Below are positions 18,514 to 29,561 of a DNA stretch of 64,000 bases, piece after piece. Under the pieces are notes generated by a model. It searched no databases and had not been told where the DNA came from. It saw nothing but the letters and a program-made list of their open reading frames with translations. How positions within the stretch are numbered: the first letter of the stretch is position 1; the number at the start of each line of letters is the position of its first letter. This DNA is from Nibricoccus sp. (lineage in GTDB: Bacteria > Verrucomicrobiota > Verrucomicrobiia > Opitutales > Opitutaceae), in the NCBI GenBank assembly GCA_047602425.1, contig JASGHG010000001.1:224001-288000 (forward strand), given 5' to 3'. A program made the position numbers and the translations under genes.

Positions 18514-19176
18514 TCAAAGTTTTCCAAGGCGGGCTTCCACCAAAATAAGCGCCTCCTCCAGCGCCGGCCAATTCGCTGCGTCAAGGTGCTTGGTCACGGC
18601 CTGCTGACTCACCTTGCCTGGCCAGGCACCGGCGATTTTCTCCTGCGTCCAACCACGCAAGGCACCACAGATGGCTCGCGCCTGCCGGCCGGTCCAGCCC
18701 TGGACGATGACATCCATCAACCGCACAATCACAGCCATGGCGTCGTCGCCGGCTTCGCCGGGGAGCGCGAGTTGCAGCCGCTGCTTGCCGGGAATCTGTT
18801 CCAACAGGCGACCGGAAAGCCGATAAGCCTCGCCGTCGCCCTCGGAAACGCGATCGCGCACAAAATCCACCATACCAACCGCAATCGCCAGGCGCGTGTC
18901 GAGTCCACGACCGCGTTCCGCCGCCGTGCGCAGGCAGGCGCGAAAAAACAAACCCACGCGCAGGCTGGCCGTCGGATCGCTCACGAGCAGTTGCCAGCCA
19001 TCGCCGCGAAAAACGTCGACATCCATCGGCACGATATCGCCAAACAAACCGCGGGTATCGCGCGAAGCTTTCGCGATGAGTTCCGGCAGCTGCCTGCGTT
19101 GCGCCTTGGGCAACTTGGAGGAATCGACAATGTCGCCGGTGATGACGGCGTATTTTTTTGTGGGGGCGATTTTCAT
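18514..19176 (-). CDS. SatD-family protein: class III nucleotide-cyclase-like domain + C-terminal HTH
   Basis: YAVITGDIVDSS, VFRGDGWQ, TRLAIAVG, GEAYRLSGRLL; C-terminal WTQEKIA...VSQQAVTKHL. Start at ATG 19176, since the longer ORF overlaps recJ. Confidence 0.82.
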   Translation of the reverse strand: MKIAPTKKYAVITGDIVDSSKLPKAQRRQLPELIAKASRDTRGLFGDIVPMDVDVFRGDGWQLLVSDPTASLRVGLFFRACLRTAAERGRGLDTRLAIAVGMVDFVRDRVSEGDGEAYRLSGRLLEQIPGKQRLQLALPGEAGDDAMAVIVRLMDVIVQGWTGRQARAICGALRGWTQEKIAGAWPGKVSQQAVTKHLDAANWPALEEALILVEARLGKL

Positions 19177-19225
19177 CCCGTGCAGCGTGGGCTGCCGCCG
19201 ATGAAGTCTTTCCCCCGCCCGCATG

Positions 19226-20944
19226 TCAACCCGTCGTCTTCCGCCAATCGATGAGTTCGAGCTGCAGGAGTTTGCGATCGTTGAAATAGTTCCACGTGAG
19301 TTCGACCGCGAGATCGACGGGCACGCCCACCGGCGGAAGGCGATCGGCCATTTTCCATGCAACGCCAAACAGGCGCCGGCCGCGGCCATCGTCGAAGCTG
19401 AAGCGGAAATGTTGCTCTTTAAAAATTTCCGGGCGCTGGTTGAAAACCACACCGCTCAGTCCAAAAACAGGTTCAGGATTGCCCTGGCCGAAGGGATGCA
19501 ACTCGGCGAGTTCGTCCATGAGCTGGTCGCGAATTTGCTCGGGCTTGATCCAGGCCGCGAGATCGAGGCGGGCTTCGATCAGGTCGTTGCCGGCATGATG
19601 GCGCACGGCATCGGCGAAGCGCGTGCGGAAAACATCGAGGCGCGGTTTCTCAATCGAAACGCCGACCGCCATGGGATGGCCGCCCCAACTGGTGAGATGC
19701 TCGGTGCAAAGCCCAAGCACATCGACGAGGCTCACGCCGTCGACGCTGCGACCCGAACCTTTCGCCAAGTTTCCTTCGTTGCCCAGAACGACGCATGGAC
19801 GGTTGTATTTGCGCGTCACTCGTCCGGCCACGATGCCGACGACACCGGGATGCCAGTTGTCGCCATAAAGCACGATGCCGGGCCAGTCGGAAAACTGCTG
19901 CTCGATCATCTGCTCGGCTTCCTCGGTGATCTGGCGTTCGATGTCCTGACGCTCGCGGTTAAACGCGTCGAGCTGGCGCGCGGTTTCGCGGCAAAATTTT
20001 TCATCCTCGCTCAACATGAGCTCTACAGAAAGCGCGGCATCGGCGAGACGTCCGCTGGCGTTGATGCGCGGCCCAAGGCGGAACGAGATATCGACGGGCA
20101 TGATCTCGTTTTCGGTTTTCACGCCGGCGACCTGCATGAGCGCGCAAAGGCCGGGGCGCTGGGTCGTCTGCAAAATCTTCAGCCCCTGCCGTGCGATGAT
20201 GCGGTTTTCGCCGCGCAAGGGCACGAGATCCGCCACCGTGCCGAGCGCCGCAAGATCGAGGTAATCGCGGAGTTTGATGCGAAACGCGACCGGGTGATTT
20301 TCGGCACGCAATAATTTCAACAAGCCATGCGCGAGTTTGAAAACGAGGCCGACTGTGCAGAGGTGGCGCCACGGTTCGTCGCCGCCGTCGTTGTCGACGT
20401 GCGGATTGATCAGGATGCCTTGATCGAGCGGCCGTTCTTTCGAGCGATGATGATCGACCACAAGAACGTCGACACCCTGCGCGACAAGATAGGCGACTTC
20501 ATCGATGGAATTGGTGCCGCAGTCGAGGGCGACGAAAAGCGCCGGCTTGCCGCCCTCCAGCGCGCGGTCGATTGCGCTGCGCGACAAACCATAACCATCT
20601 TCCATGCGTCGTGGCACGACGAAGCGCGGATTGAGGCCGAAACGCCGCAGAATGCTCACTAACAGCGCGGTGCTGCTCACTCCGTCGACATCGTAGTCGC
20701 CAAGCACCACGACCTCCTCGCGTTGCGCGATGGCTTGGCGCAGGCGGGCGGCGCCAGCCTCGACGTTGCGCACGTGGAACGGATCGCTCAACTCGCTCAG
20801 CGCGGGATTGAGATATTTGGTTGCGACGGCTGGTTCGGACAAGCCATTGCGCAACAAGAGCTCCGCCAACACGGGACTGATGCCCGCGTTGCGGCTGAGC
20901 TCATCGACCGTACCGGCCGCGAGCGGATTGTAGATCCAACGCAT
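19226..20944 (-). CDS. recJ: ssDNA-specific exonuclease RecJ
   Basis: GDYDVDG, DGYGL, LDCG, VDHH, LGTVADLVPL, GPRINASGRL, GSGRS, GGHPMAVG, PFGQGNPEP. Confidence 0.96.
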   Translation of the reverse strand: MRWIYNPLAAGTVDELSRNAGISPVLAELLLRNGLSEPAVATKYLNPALSELSDPFHVRNVEAGAARLRQAIAQREEVVVLGDYDVDGVSSTALLVSILRRFGLNPRFVVPRRMEDGYGLSRSAIDRALEGGKPALFVALDCGTNSIDEVAYLVAQGVDVLVVDHHRSKERPLDQGILINPHVDNDGGDEPWRHLCTVGLVFKLAHGLLKLLRAENHPVAFRIKLRDYLDLAALGTVADLVPLRGENRIIARQGLKILQTTQRPGLCALMQVAGVKTENEIMPVDISFRLGPRINASGRLADAALSVELMLSEDEKFCRETARQLDAFNRERQDIERQITEEAEQMIEQQFSDWPGIVLYGDNWHPGVVGIVAGRVTRKYNRPCVVLGNEGNLAKGSGRSVDGVSLVDVLGLCTEHLTSWGGHPMAVGVSIEKPRLDVFRTRFADAVRHHAGNDLIEARLDLAAWIKPEQIRDQLMDELAELHPFGQGNPEPVFGLSGVVFNQRPEIFKEQHFRFSFDDGRGRRLFGVAWKMADRLPPVGVPVDLAVELTWNYFNDRKLLQLELIDWRKTTG

Positions 20945-20964
20945 GTTTGCGCGGCGACGCCGCT

Positions 20965-21073
20965 AATGAAGAATGTAGAATGTTGAATGCAGAATGTGGA
21001 ACGGGGGTTACCGGGGGTTAAGTCCGATATCGAACCATTCTACATTCTGCCTTCTCCATTCTACATCCGCATT
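20965..21073. repeat. Inverted pair of heptamer tandem arrays, (AATGNNG)x5 ... (CATTCTN)x5
   Basis: AATGAAG AATGTAG AATGTTG AATGCAG AATGTGG at 20965-20999; CATTCTA CATTCTG CCTTCTC CATTCTA CATCCGC at 21036-21070. Confidence 0.75.
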
Positions 21074-23621
21074 ACTGCGAAGCCTTGCTGGAGCCGGTCC
21101 ACTCGTAGGTCGGCTTAACGTCCTGGTGCTTCTCGACGTGTTTGCGGTCGCCCTTGTGCCACCAGTAGAACACCGGCGAGGCAATGAAGAGCGAGGAGAA
21201 CGTGCCGGTGATGACACCGATGAGGAGCGTGAAGGCGATGTCGTTGACGTCACCCGTCGTGACAATGATCAACGTGATCGCGGTCATGAGGGTCGTGCCG
21301 CCGGTAATGACGGTACGGGACAACGTAAGGTTCAGCGAACGGTTGATGATGTCGCCGAGCTTCGTGTTCGGGTTGAGCTTCAATTCTTCGCGGATGCGGT
21401 CGAACACGACGATGGTGTCGTTAATCGAATAACCAACGATCAGCAGAATCGCAGCCACCATGGGTCCGTTGAATTGACGGTCGAACAACACGAAAATGCC
21501 GATGGTCATCAGCACGTCGTGCACGGTGGAAACGACGGCGCCGATGCCGTAGCCGATTTCGAAACGGAAGGCCACGTAGATCATGATCGCGACGATGGAA
21601 GCGACGACAGACCAAAGAGCGTTCTTTTGGATTTCCGCGCCGACCGAGGGACCGATGCGGGCTTCGCCAACGATTTCCAGTCCAGCCTGCGGGAGGGCGG
21701 ATTGCAATTGGGCGACGAGCGGTTTGCCCTGATCGAAAGGCGTGGTGACTTTCAGCACCTTTTGGTCGGTACCGATTTGTTTTTGATAGGCGAAGCTGGC
21801 GTCCTTGATGCCTGCGGCTTCAGCGGCTTTGCGCAGCGTACCGACTTCAAGCTCCTGCTTGTACGACATCGTGACGGTGTCACCACCGGCGAAGTCGATG
21901 CCGTAGACTTTCTTGCCCTTGATGCCGGTCACAACCACGCCGACTACAATAACAAGCCAGGAAGTAATAAACGCGACCTTGGCGACCTTGAGGAAGTCAA
22001 ACTTGGTGTTCTGCAGCATGGAAACCATCGGCATGCGCTTGATGACGCCGGGGAGAATCAGTGCTTCCATGACGAGTTTGCTCACGACCACAGCGGCAAA
22101 CATCGTGGTGAAGATACCGATGGCGAGCGTGACGCCGAAGCCTTTCACCGGGCCGGTGCCGAGCCAGATCATGATTGCGGCAACGGCGAGCGTGGTGACG
22201 TTGGAGTCCAAAATGGCGGACCAAGCTTTGTCGAAACCGGCTTCGAGCGCGGCGGGCAAAGATTTGCCGAGCGCCAACTCTTCGCGCATGCGCTCGAAGA
22301 TCAGGATGTTCGAGTCAACGGACATCGCGAGCGTGAGCACGATACCGGCGATGCCGGGCATCGAGAGCGTAGCGCCGATCATCGACATAACCGCGAGCGT
22401 AACGAGCACGTTGACCAACATGCCGAGGGCAGCGATGACGCCACCGATGAAGTAGATGGCGAAAACAAACAAGACGGTCAGCGCCGTGCTGATGATGAAG
22501 GCCATCTTTCCGCTGGAGATGGCGTCCTTCGCAAGCGAGGGTCCGACTTCGTACTGCTCTTTGACGATCAGCGGAACTTCGAGCGGATTGTTCAGGACGT
22601 TGGAGAGCTCCTGAGCTTCGCGGTCGGTGAAGCTGCCGGTGATTTGGGCGGTATCGCTGTTGATTTGTTCCTTAACGGTGGGTGCGGAATAGAGCTTGCC
22701 GTCGAGAACGATGGCGAGGCGGCCGAGCGAGCGGTTGGCTTGGTTGCTGCGGGCGATTTCGCCGGTGACCTCGGCAAAGCGGGCTTTGCCCTCTTTGGTA
22801 AACTTCAGGATGATCTCGGGCTTGCCGAATTCGTCCGCGCGCGGGAAGGCTTCGTCAAGAGCGTCGCCCGCCATCTCGGGGCGTTGCTTGACGAAAAGTT
22901 CCTCAACGCCGTTTTCGCCGTTACGCGTCTCGTGTTCGAGCGTAAGGATCTCGTAACCGGCAGGGGTATCGACGCCGGGCTGCGGTGTAAGCGAAGGATG
23001 CACGAGGCGGAAATCGAGGCGGGCGGGTTTCTTGATGCTGTCGACGGCCTCAGGATTGTCCTTGGTGTTGATGGCGGGCATCTGAATTTCGATGCGGTTT
23101 TCGCCGACCGGGCGAATCAGGGGTTCGGCCACGCCGAGACCGTTGACGCGGTCGCTGATGATTTGGATGGCCTTGGAAAGCTTTTCCTTGCGCTGCCATT
23201 CCGGGAGTTTGGCGAGGGCTGCCTCGTCGGCTTCGAGCGTTACTGCCACGCCACCCACGAGATCGAGACCTTGCTGCAGTTTGCCACGCGATTCCTTCAA
23301 TAGGTAATCGAGAAGGACGCCGTTTTTGCGCTCGATGTTCTTAATGTCACCGAGGTTGAATCCGGGATAGTATTGCGCGCCGAGATCGATGCGGCGGTCC
23401 TTCGCGATCTGTTTAAGAGCGACGAACTCGCTGGTGGCGGGGTTCGCGGCTTTTTGCGCGGCGGCTTCCTTGAGCAGTGCGGAGAATTCCGCAGACTTGG
23501 CCTGGACTTTCGACCGGGCGTAGTCGGCAAACGGCCGGTCATTGATCGGCACGAGTGTCCATACGGCCCAGAGGACGATGGCAAAGCTGATGGTCAGCTT
23601 CCAGAGGTTGCGTTGTAGCAT
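21072..23621 (-). CDS. secDF: Protein translocase SecD-SecF fusion
   Basis: GLDLVGG, RVNGLGVAEP, LAIVLDG, VGPSL, DSNILIFER.REE, GIDFAGG, IGPSVG, HDVL, GYSINDTIVVFDRIRE. Confidence 0.95.
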   Translation of the reverse strand: MLQRNLWKLTISFAIVLWAVWTLVPINDRPFADYARSKVQAKSAEFSALLKEAAAQKAANPATSEFVALKQIAKDRRIDLGAQYYPGFNLGDIKNIERKNGVLLDYLLKESRGKLQQGLDLVGGVAVTLEADEAALAKLPEWQRKEKLSKAIQIISDRVNGLGVAEPLIRPVGENRIEIQMPAINTKDNPEAVDSIKKPARLDFRLVHPSLTPQPGVDTPAGYEILTLEHETRNGENGVEELFVKQRPEMAGDALDEAFPRADEFGKPEIILKFTKEGKARFAEVTGEIARSNQANRSLGRLAIVLDGKLYSAPTVKEQINSDTAQITGSFTDREAQELSNVLNNPLEVPLIVKEQYEVGPSLAKDAISSGKMAFIISTALTVLFVFAIYFIGGVIAALGMLVNVLVTLAVMSMIGATLSMPGIAGIVLTLAMSVDSNILIFERMREELALGKSLPAALEAGFDKAWSAILDSNVTTLAVAAIMIWLGTGPVKGFGVTLAIGIFTTMFAAVVVSKLVMEALILPGVIKRMPMVSMLQNTKFDFLKVAKVAFITSWLVIVVGVVVTGIKGKKVYGIDFAGGDTVTMSYKQELEVGTLRKAAEAAGIKDASFAYQKQIGTDQKVLKVTTPFDQGKPLVAQLQSALPQAGLEIVGEARIGPSVGAEIQKNALWSVVASIVAIMIYVAFRFEIGYGIGAVVSTVHDVLMTIGIFVLFDRQFNGPMVAAILLIVGYSINDTIVVFDRIREELKLNPNTKLGDIINRSLNLTLSRTVITGGTTLMTAITLIIVTTGDVNDIAFTLLIGVITGTFSSLFIASPVFYWWHKGDRKHVEKHQDVKPTYEWTGSSKASQ

Positions 23622-23750
23622 GGGTTATTTGGGTTTAAAATGGAGGGGTGCGCCGCGGGGTGTGGGGTTGGCGCGATTTGCACTGGGCACCGCTTGTGGT
23701 TAGCGCAGCCGAGGTCGGCCGGCGAAAAACGGTGCCGTCGCACGAAGGGG

Positions 23751-24113
23751 TTACTTGGCGGCGCCGGCTTTTTTGACCACAGACTGAATGAAGCCTTTGC
23801 CGATTTCGATCTTAGTGTCGTCGGCGATGCGAACGATGAAGCGATCTTCCTTCTTGTTGGTGATTTCGCCATAGATGCCGCCCACCGTGAGGATTTCGTC
23901 ACCGGTATCGAGGGAAGCCATCATCTTCTGATGCTCCTTTTGCTTTTTGCGCTGCGGGGCGATCATCAGGAAATACATCGCCGCGAAAATCAAAATCATC
24001 GGCAGGAAGCCCATGATTCCCTGCATGCCATTCGGCGAGGCAGGCTGGCCGGCGGGTGCCGCAGGAGCGGCAGTTTGGGCCAAAATTGTCAAAGAAGCCA
24101 AAAGGGAGGTCAT
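23751..24113 (-). CDS. yajC: Preprotein translocase subunit YajC
   Basis: MYFLMIAPQRKKQKEH..M..SL..GDEILTVGGIYG; upstream of secDF; true start ATG 24113. Confidence 0.93.
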   Translation of the reverse strand: MTSLLASLTILAQTAAPAAPAGQPASPNGMQGIMGFLPMILIFAAMYFLMIAPQRKKQKEHQKMMASLDTGDEILTVGGIYGEITNKKEDRFIVRIADDTKIEIGKGFIQSVVKKAGAAK

Positions 24114-24215
24114 TTTAGGAATTGCGTGTTGTGTGATTTGAAAAAAGAAAACACGCACTAAACGTGAGTCACGTCTGAAAAAGCAAGCCATAACCCCCGC
24201 CTGCGCCTTACTGCG

Positions 24216-26153
<1,938 letters not shown>

Positions 26154-26169
26154 AAATTCATCCGCAAAT

Positions 26170-27012
26170 ATGCTTTCTTTTCTAAAGAGTCAAAAACCGC
26201 GCCCGCATCCGAGCTTTTCCAGACGCTTCAAACAGGTTCCGCGCGATCTCGTCCAAAAAGTAAATGGAAACACCACCGAGCAAGGGTTTCGCTACATTGG
26301 CTCCCAAATCCTCGCCGGCATAGAAAGCGAACTCGCCAACATCGCTAAAACGCGCCGGCTCGAACGCGACATCCTTGCAGACTGCCGGCAGATCATGGAC
26401 TTCGGCTCCGGCCTTGGCCGCGTGATCCTGCAACTCGCCGAGCGCTGGCCCGATAAGGAGATTGTCGGCTTCGACATCGACCCTCTCATGAACAAGTGGG
26501 CCAAACACCTGTTAACCGACAAAAAAGTCCGGCTGGTTTCCAGCACCTTGGATCTTCCCGAAAAAAGCTTCGACCTGATCACCGTCATTTCCGTGTTCAC
26601 GCATCTGGATACAACCACGGACTTCTGGCTTGGCGAAATCCACCGCCTGCTCAAGCCAACCGGCTTTGCTTTCATCACCTATCAGGATGACACGCTGTTC
26701 GAGGAAATGAGGGCCAAAGGCGAACTGCCTGCCATAACCAAGCTCGAAAACAAGTACATCTTCGGTCCCGACAGCGCCGAAGGCGGCGCCGGCATGGGCG
26801 CTTTCTATACCACGGCGTGCTGGCGGCAGACGTTGGAAAAATATTTCAATATCGAGACCATCAAGCCACGCGGCCTTTTCGGCCACCAATCGATTTCGAT
26901 CGTCTCGCCTAAAAATGTGCAGATTGACCGTCGCCCCCTCTTCGAAGCTTACGCCGCCAGCCTGGAGCGAGACCTTTACAAGCTCCGTCGGCGCTTCAAG
27001 GTGTCGTATTAG
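26170..27012 (+). CDS. Class I SAM-dependent methyltransferase
   Basis: IMDFGSGLGRV, VGFDID, FDLITVISVFTHL, EIHRLLKPTG. Confidence 0.88.
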   Translation: MLSFLKSQKPRPHPSFSRRFKQVPRDLVQKVNGNTTEQGFRYIGSQILAGIESELANIAKTRRLERDILADCRQIMDFGSGLGRVILQLAERWPDKEIVGFDIDPLMNKWAKHLLTDKKVRLVSSTLDLPEKSFDLITVISVFTHLDTTTDFWLGEIHRLLKPTGFAFITYQDDTLFEEMRAKGELPAITKLENKYIFGPDSAEGGAGMGAFYTTACWRQTLEKYFNIETIKPRGLFGHQSISIVSPKNVQIDRRPLFEAYAASLERDLYKLRRRFKVSY

Positions 27013-27115
27013 TGAGCTTAGTTATCTGCAGGATTGTCAGAAACAGGATACCGTTTCATCCTAAAAATCTGAATTTGCCCGTGCCCTCTGCGGCCGAATT
27101 GTTCAAAAGTTCAAC

Positions 27116-27550
27116 GTGCCTACCGATAGCACATGGTTTTATTGGGCAGTGATGTCCGCGGTTTTCGCGGCTCTCACGGCGATCTTTGCCAAGATTGGCC
27201 TCCAAGGCGTCGACTCCGACCTGGCAACGCTCGTCCGCACCGGGATCATTTTGGTGGTTCTAAGTGGTTTCGTTTGGTATGCAGGCAAATGGAGCAATCC
27301 GTTGCAATTATCTGGTAAGACCTGGCTTTTCCTCGTGCTCTCAGGCCTCGCCACCGGCGCCTCGTGGGTCTGCTATTTTCGAGCCCTCAAAATCGGCGAT
27401 GCCTCCAAAGTTGCACCCGTCGACAAAATGAGTGTCATCCTCGTCGCGATCTTTGCGGTCATTTTCCTCGGCGACCGCCCCAACCTTCGCGAATGGTCCG
27501 GCATCGCACTCGTGGCAGCAGGCATCGTCTTGCTCGCGTTTAAACGCTGA
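27116..27550 (+). CDS. EamA/DMT-family small transporter (single repeat)
   Basis: SAVFAALTAIFAKIG, DSDLATLVRT, LSGLATGASWVCYFRAL, SKVAPVDK; 5 TM segments. Confidence 0.9.
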   Translation: MPTDSTWFYWAVMSAVFAALTAIFAKIGLQGVDSDLATLVRTGIILVVLSGFVWYAGKWSNPLQLSGKTWLFLVLSGLATGASWVCYFRALKIGDASKVAPVDKMSVILVAIFAVIFLGDRPNLREWSGIALVAAGIVLLAFKR

Positions 27551-29548
27551 GTGAAGTTTCCGGCAAGTTCCAACCTTTCGCTTTCCCAACTTGTCAGCAG
27601 GCGGATGGTTCCCTTGACTGGCGTGAAATCTCACATGACCCCCGATCAATTTTGGACCAGCGAGGATGGTCAGATCCTGACCGTTAAACCCAAGGACGAT
27701 CACTCCGTCGCGCTCACTCTTGCCTTCTGGCCGCGTCACCCGGCGGAATTCGATTTCATGAAGGCGCAACGCACCCATTTGCATTTCACCGAGCGCAGCA
27801 CTCTTGCCCGCATCGGCATCGAAATGACGATCAAGGGCAGCCCCGCGATCGACGGTAACCGCATCGTCCTCGAGGCCGACGCTTCCCTTTACGATCTGAG
27901 TTTTCCCAACGCCGCGTATTGGAAAAAACTGCTGCGCTCCGGCGTACCCGTGGGGCGTCTCTATTTTGCGCCCGAATCCGCCAAGCTCACCACCAACGAA
28001 ATCTGGGACGCGGTTAAAAACAACCGACTCAAGCTCCCCAACACCATCAGCATCGATCGCCTTGGCCGTGTTTTTCTTACACCCCACAGCGTTCGCTACA
28101 CGCTCAATCCCCGCCTCCAGCGTCCCCAGTTCGAACGCATGGTCAGCGGCGACGCCGGTCGCGGCTACCTCGACAAAGTCCAGGTCCGCCACGACACGGA
28201 AATGCTCACCGTGCCGCCCCGTTCCGGCATTCTCACCAGTTGCTCGATGTATTTAAAAGAGCACTACGTGCTGCTCAACCGCGGCGAGGGGAACTTCGGT
28301 CTCCACACCAGCGCCGTGCTGCTCGACCCGATCAAGACCTTTGGCACAAACATCATGTTGGAAATCTACAACACCAGCGACCAGCTCGTGGTGAATCCCG
28401 TGGTGTCGGTCGAAGTTTTTCGCGCGCCCGTCGCCACCGATCCGGAGGCCAAATCGCTCGAAAAACGCCGCGCCCGCTTCCACACCGCGTCGACCGCCAT
28501 CTACAAGTGCCTCGATGAGCATCCGCCAAAGGACACCGGGGCGGCCCGTCCCAAGGCCCGAATCACCGTCAAGGGCCAAAGTTCCACCCAGGAAAATTTC
28601 AGCATTCTCCTCAACACCGGCGACCAGGCCGGCCTCAAGGCCATGGTGGATAAGCTCAAGGGCCCCTGCGGCTACCCAACCATGATCCAGGCGCTCGATG
28701 CCGCACCCGAACACGCCGACACGCTGCTCGTCGATTATTTCCCGAACCTTCTCGAAGAGATCGAGCTGTTCACCCGCCTGCCGAAGTTGAAACTCCGCCG
28801 CATCATCTTCCGCAAACCGTCGCGCACCCACGGATTTTTTCTCTCCAACAACGCCCACGCGCGTCTCGAAACCTTCAACACGCTCGGTATCGACGTCTAC
28901 TGGCACAACGAAGGCATCAAGGACCTTTTCCTCCATACCTACAAAAAGACCCATGGCTTTTTCGTCCGTGACGAGCATGTGAAGAAATTCCAGGAGTCTA
29001 CCATCCTCGCCTTTTACGGTTCCGCCGTCGGGCTCGACGACAAAGACACAAACCAAATCTCAACGCTAATCGAGAAGCTCACCGCTTTCATTGGCCCAGC
29101 CGTCGGCGTGCTCACCGGCGGCGGTGGTGGCGTCATGCGTCTCGCGACCGATCAGGCTCGCAACAAGGGAGCCATGACCGGCGCCTGCTTCCTCGAACTC
29201 GAAGCCCAACCACCCGAACTCGGCGTCGACTTCTTCAATACCTTTCAGGACACCGCGCGCCACAACCGTCAAAAGTGGTTCGAGATCGCCGATTTTTGTA
29301 TCTTTAACGTGGGAGGGGTCGGCACGCTCGAGGAGATCGGTATCGAGATGTGCAACCTCAAACTCGGCATCCGCCCGCGCGTCCCGTACATTTTCTACAA
29401 CGCCCGTTTCTGGACCGATCTTAAAAAACAGGTCCGCGAAATGATCCGCAGCAAACGCGCTCCTGCCTGGATGGCCGACTACATCCTCTTCACCGACGAC
29501 CCCGACGAAGTCGTCGCCTTCTACCGCAAGACGTTGAAGGTGCTCTGA
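27551..29548 (+). CDS. LOG/SLOG-family protein with N-terminal dUTPase/dCTP-deaminase-like region(s)
   Basis: C-terminal AFYGSA, VLTGGGGGVM, RQK, GGVGTLEE (LOG). N-terminal RSTLARIGI and GLHTSAVLLDP..FGTNIMLEIYN (Dcd-like). Start uncertain: 27551 GTG, 27606 or 27635 ATG. Confidence 0.8.
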   Translation: MKFPASSNLSLSQLVSRRMVPLTGVKSHMTPDQFWTSEDGQILTVKPKDDHSVALTLAFWPRHPAEFDFMKAQRTHLHFTERSTLARIGIEMTIKGSPAIDGNRIVLEADASLYDLSFPNAAYWKKLLRSGVPVGRLYFAPESAKLTTNEIWDAVKNNRLKLPNTISIDRLGRVFLTPHSVRYTLNPRLQRPQFERMVSGDAGRGYLDKVQVRHDTEMLTVPPRSGILTSCSMYLKEHYVLLNRGEGNFGLHTSAVLLDPIKTFGTNIMLEIYNTSDQLVVNPVVSVEVFRAPVATDPEAKSLEKRRARFHTASTAIYKCLDEHPPKDTGAARPKARITVKGQSSTQENFSILLNTGDQAGLKAMVDKLKGPCGYPTMIQALDAAPEHADTLLVDYFPNLLEEIELFTRLPKLKLRRIIFRKPSRTHGFFLSNNAHARLETFNTLGIDVYWHNEGIKDLFLHTYKKTHGFFVRDEHVKKFQESTILAFYGSAVGLDDKDTNQISTLIEKLTAFIGPAVGVLTGGGGGVMRLATDQARNKGAMTGACFLELEAQPPELGVDFFNTFQDTARHNRQKWFEIADFCIFNVGGVGTLEEIGIEMCNLKLGIRPRVPYIFYNARFWTDLKKQVREMIRSKRAPAWMADYILFTDDPDEVVAFYRKTLKVL

Positions 29549-29561
29549 GTTTGCGCCTCCG

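Noticed and set aside
19177..19452. N-terminal extension of the satD ORF
   Set aside because: Overlaps the recJ 3' end in another frame; the domain begins at ATG 19176.
20994..23303. 769-aa plus-strand ORF
   Set aside because: Antisense shadow of secDF.
27013..27115. CAGGAT/ATCCT short inverted motifs
   Set aside because: Too degenerate to call a repeat or terminator.
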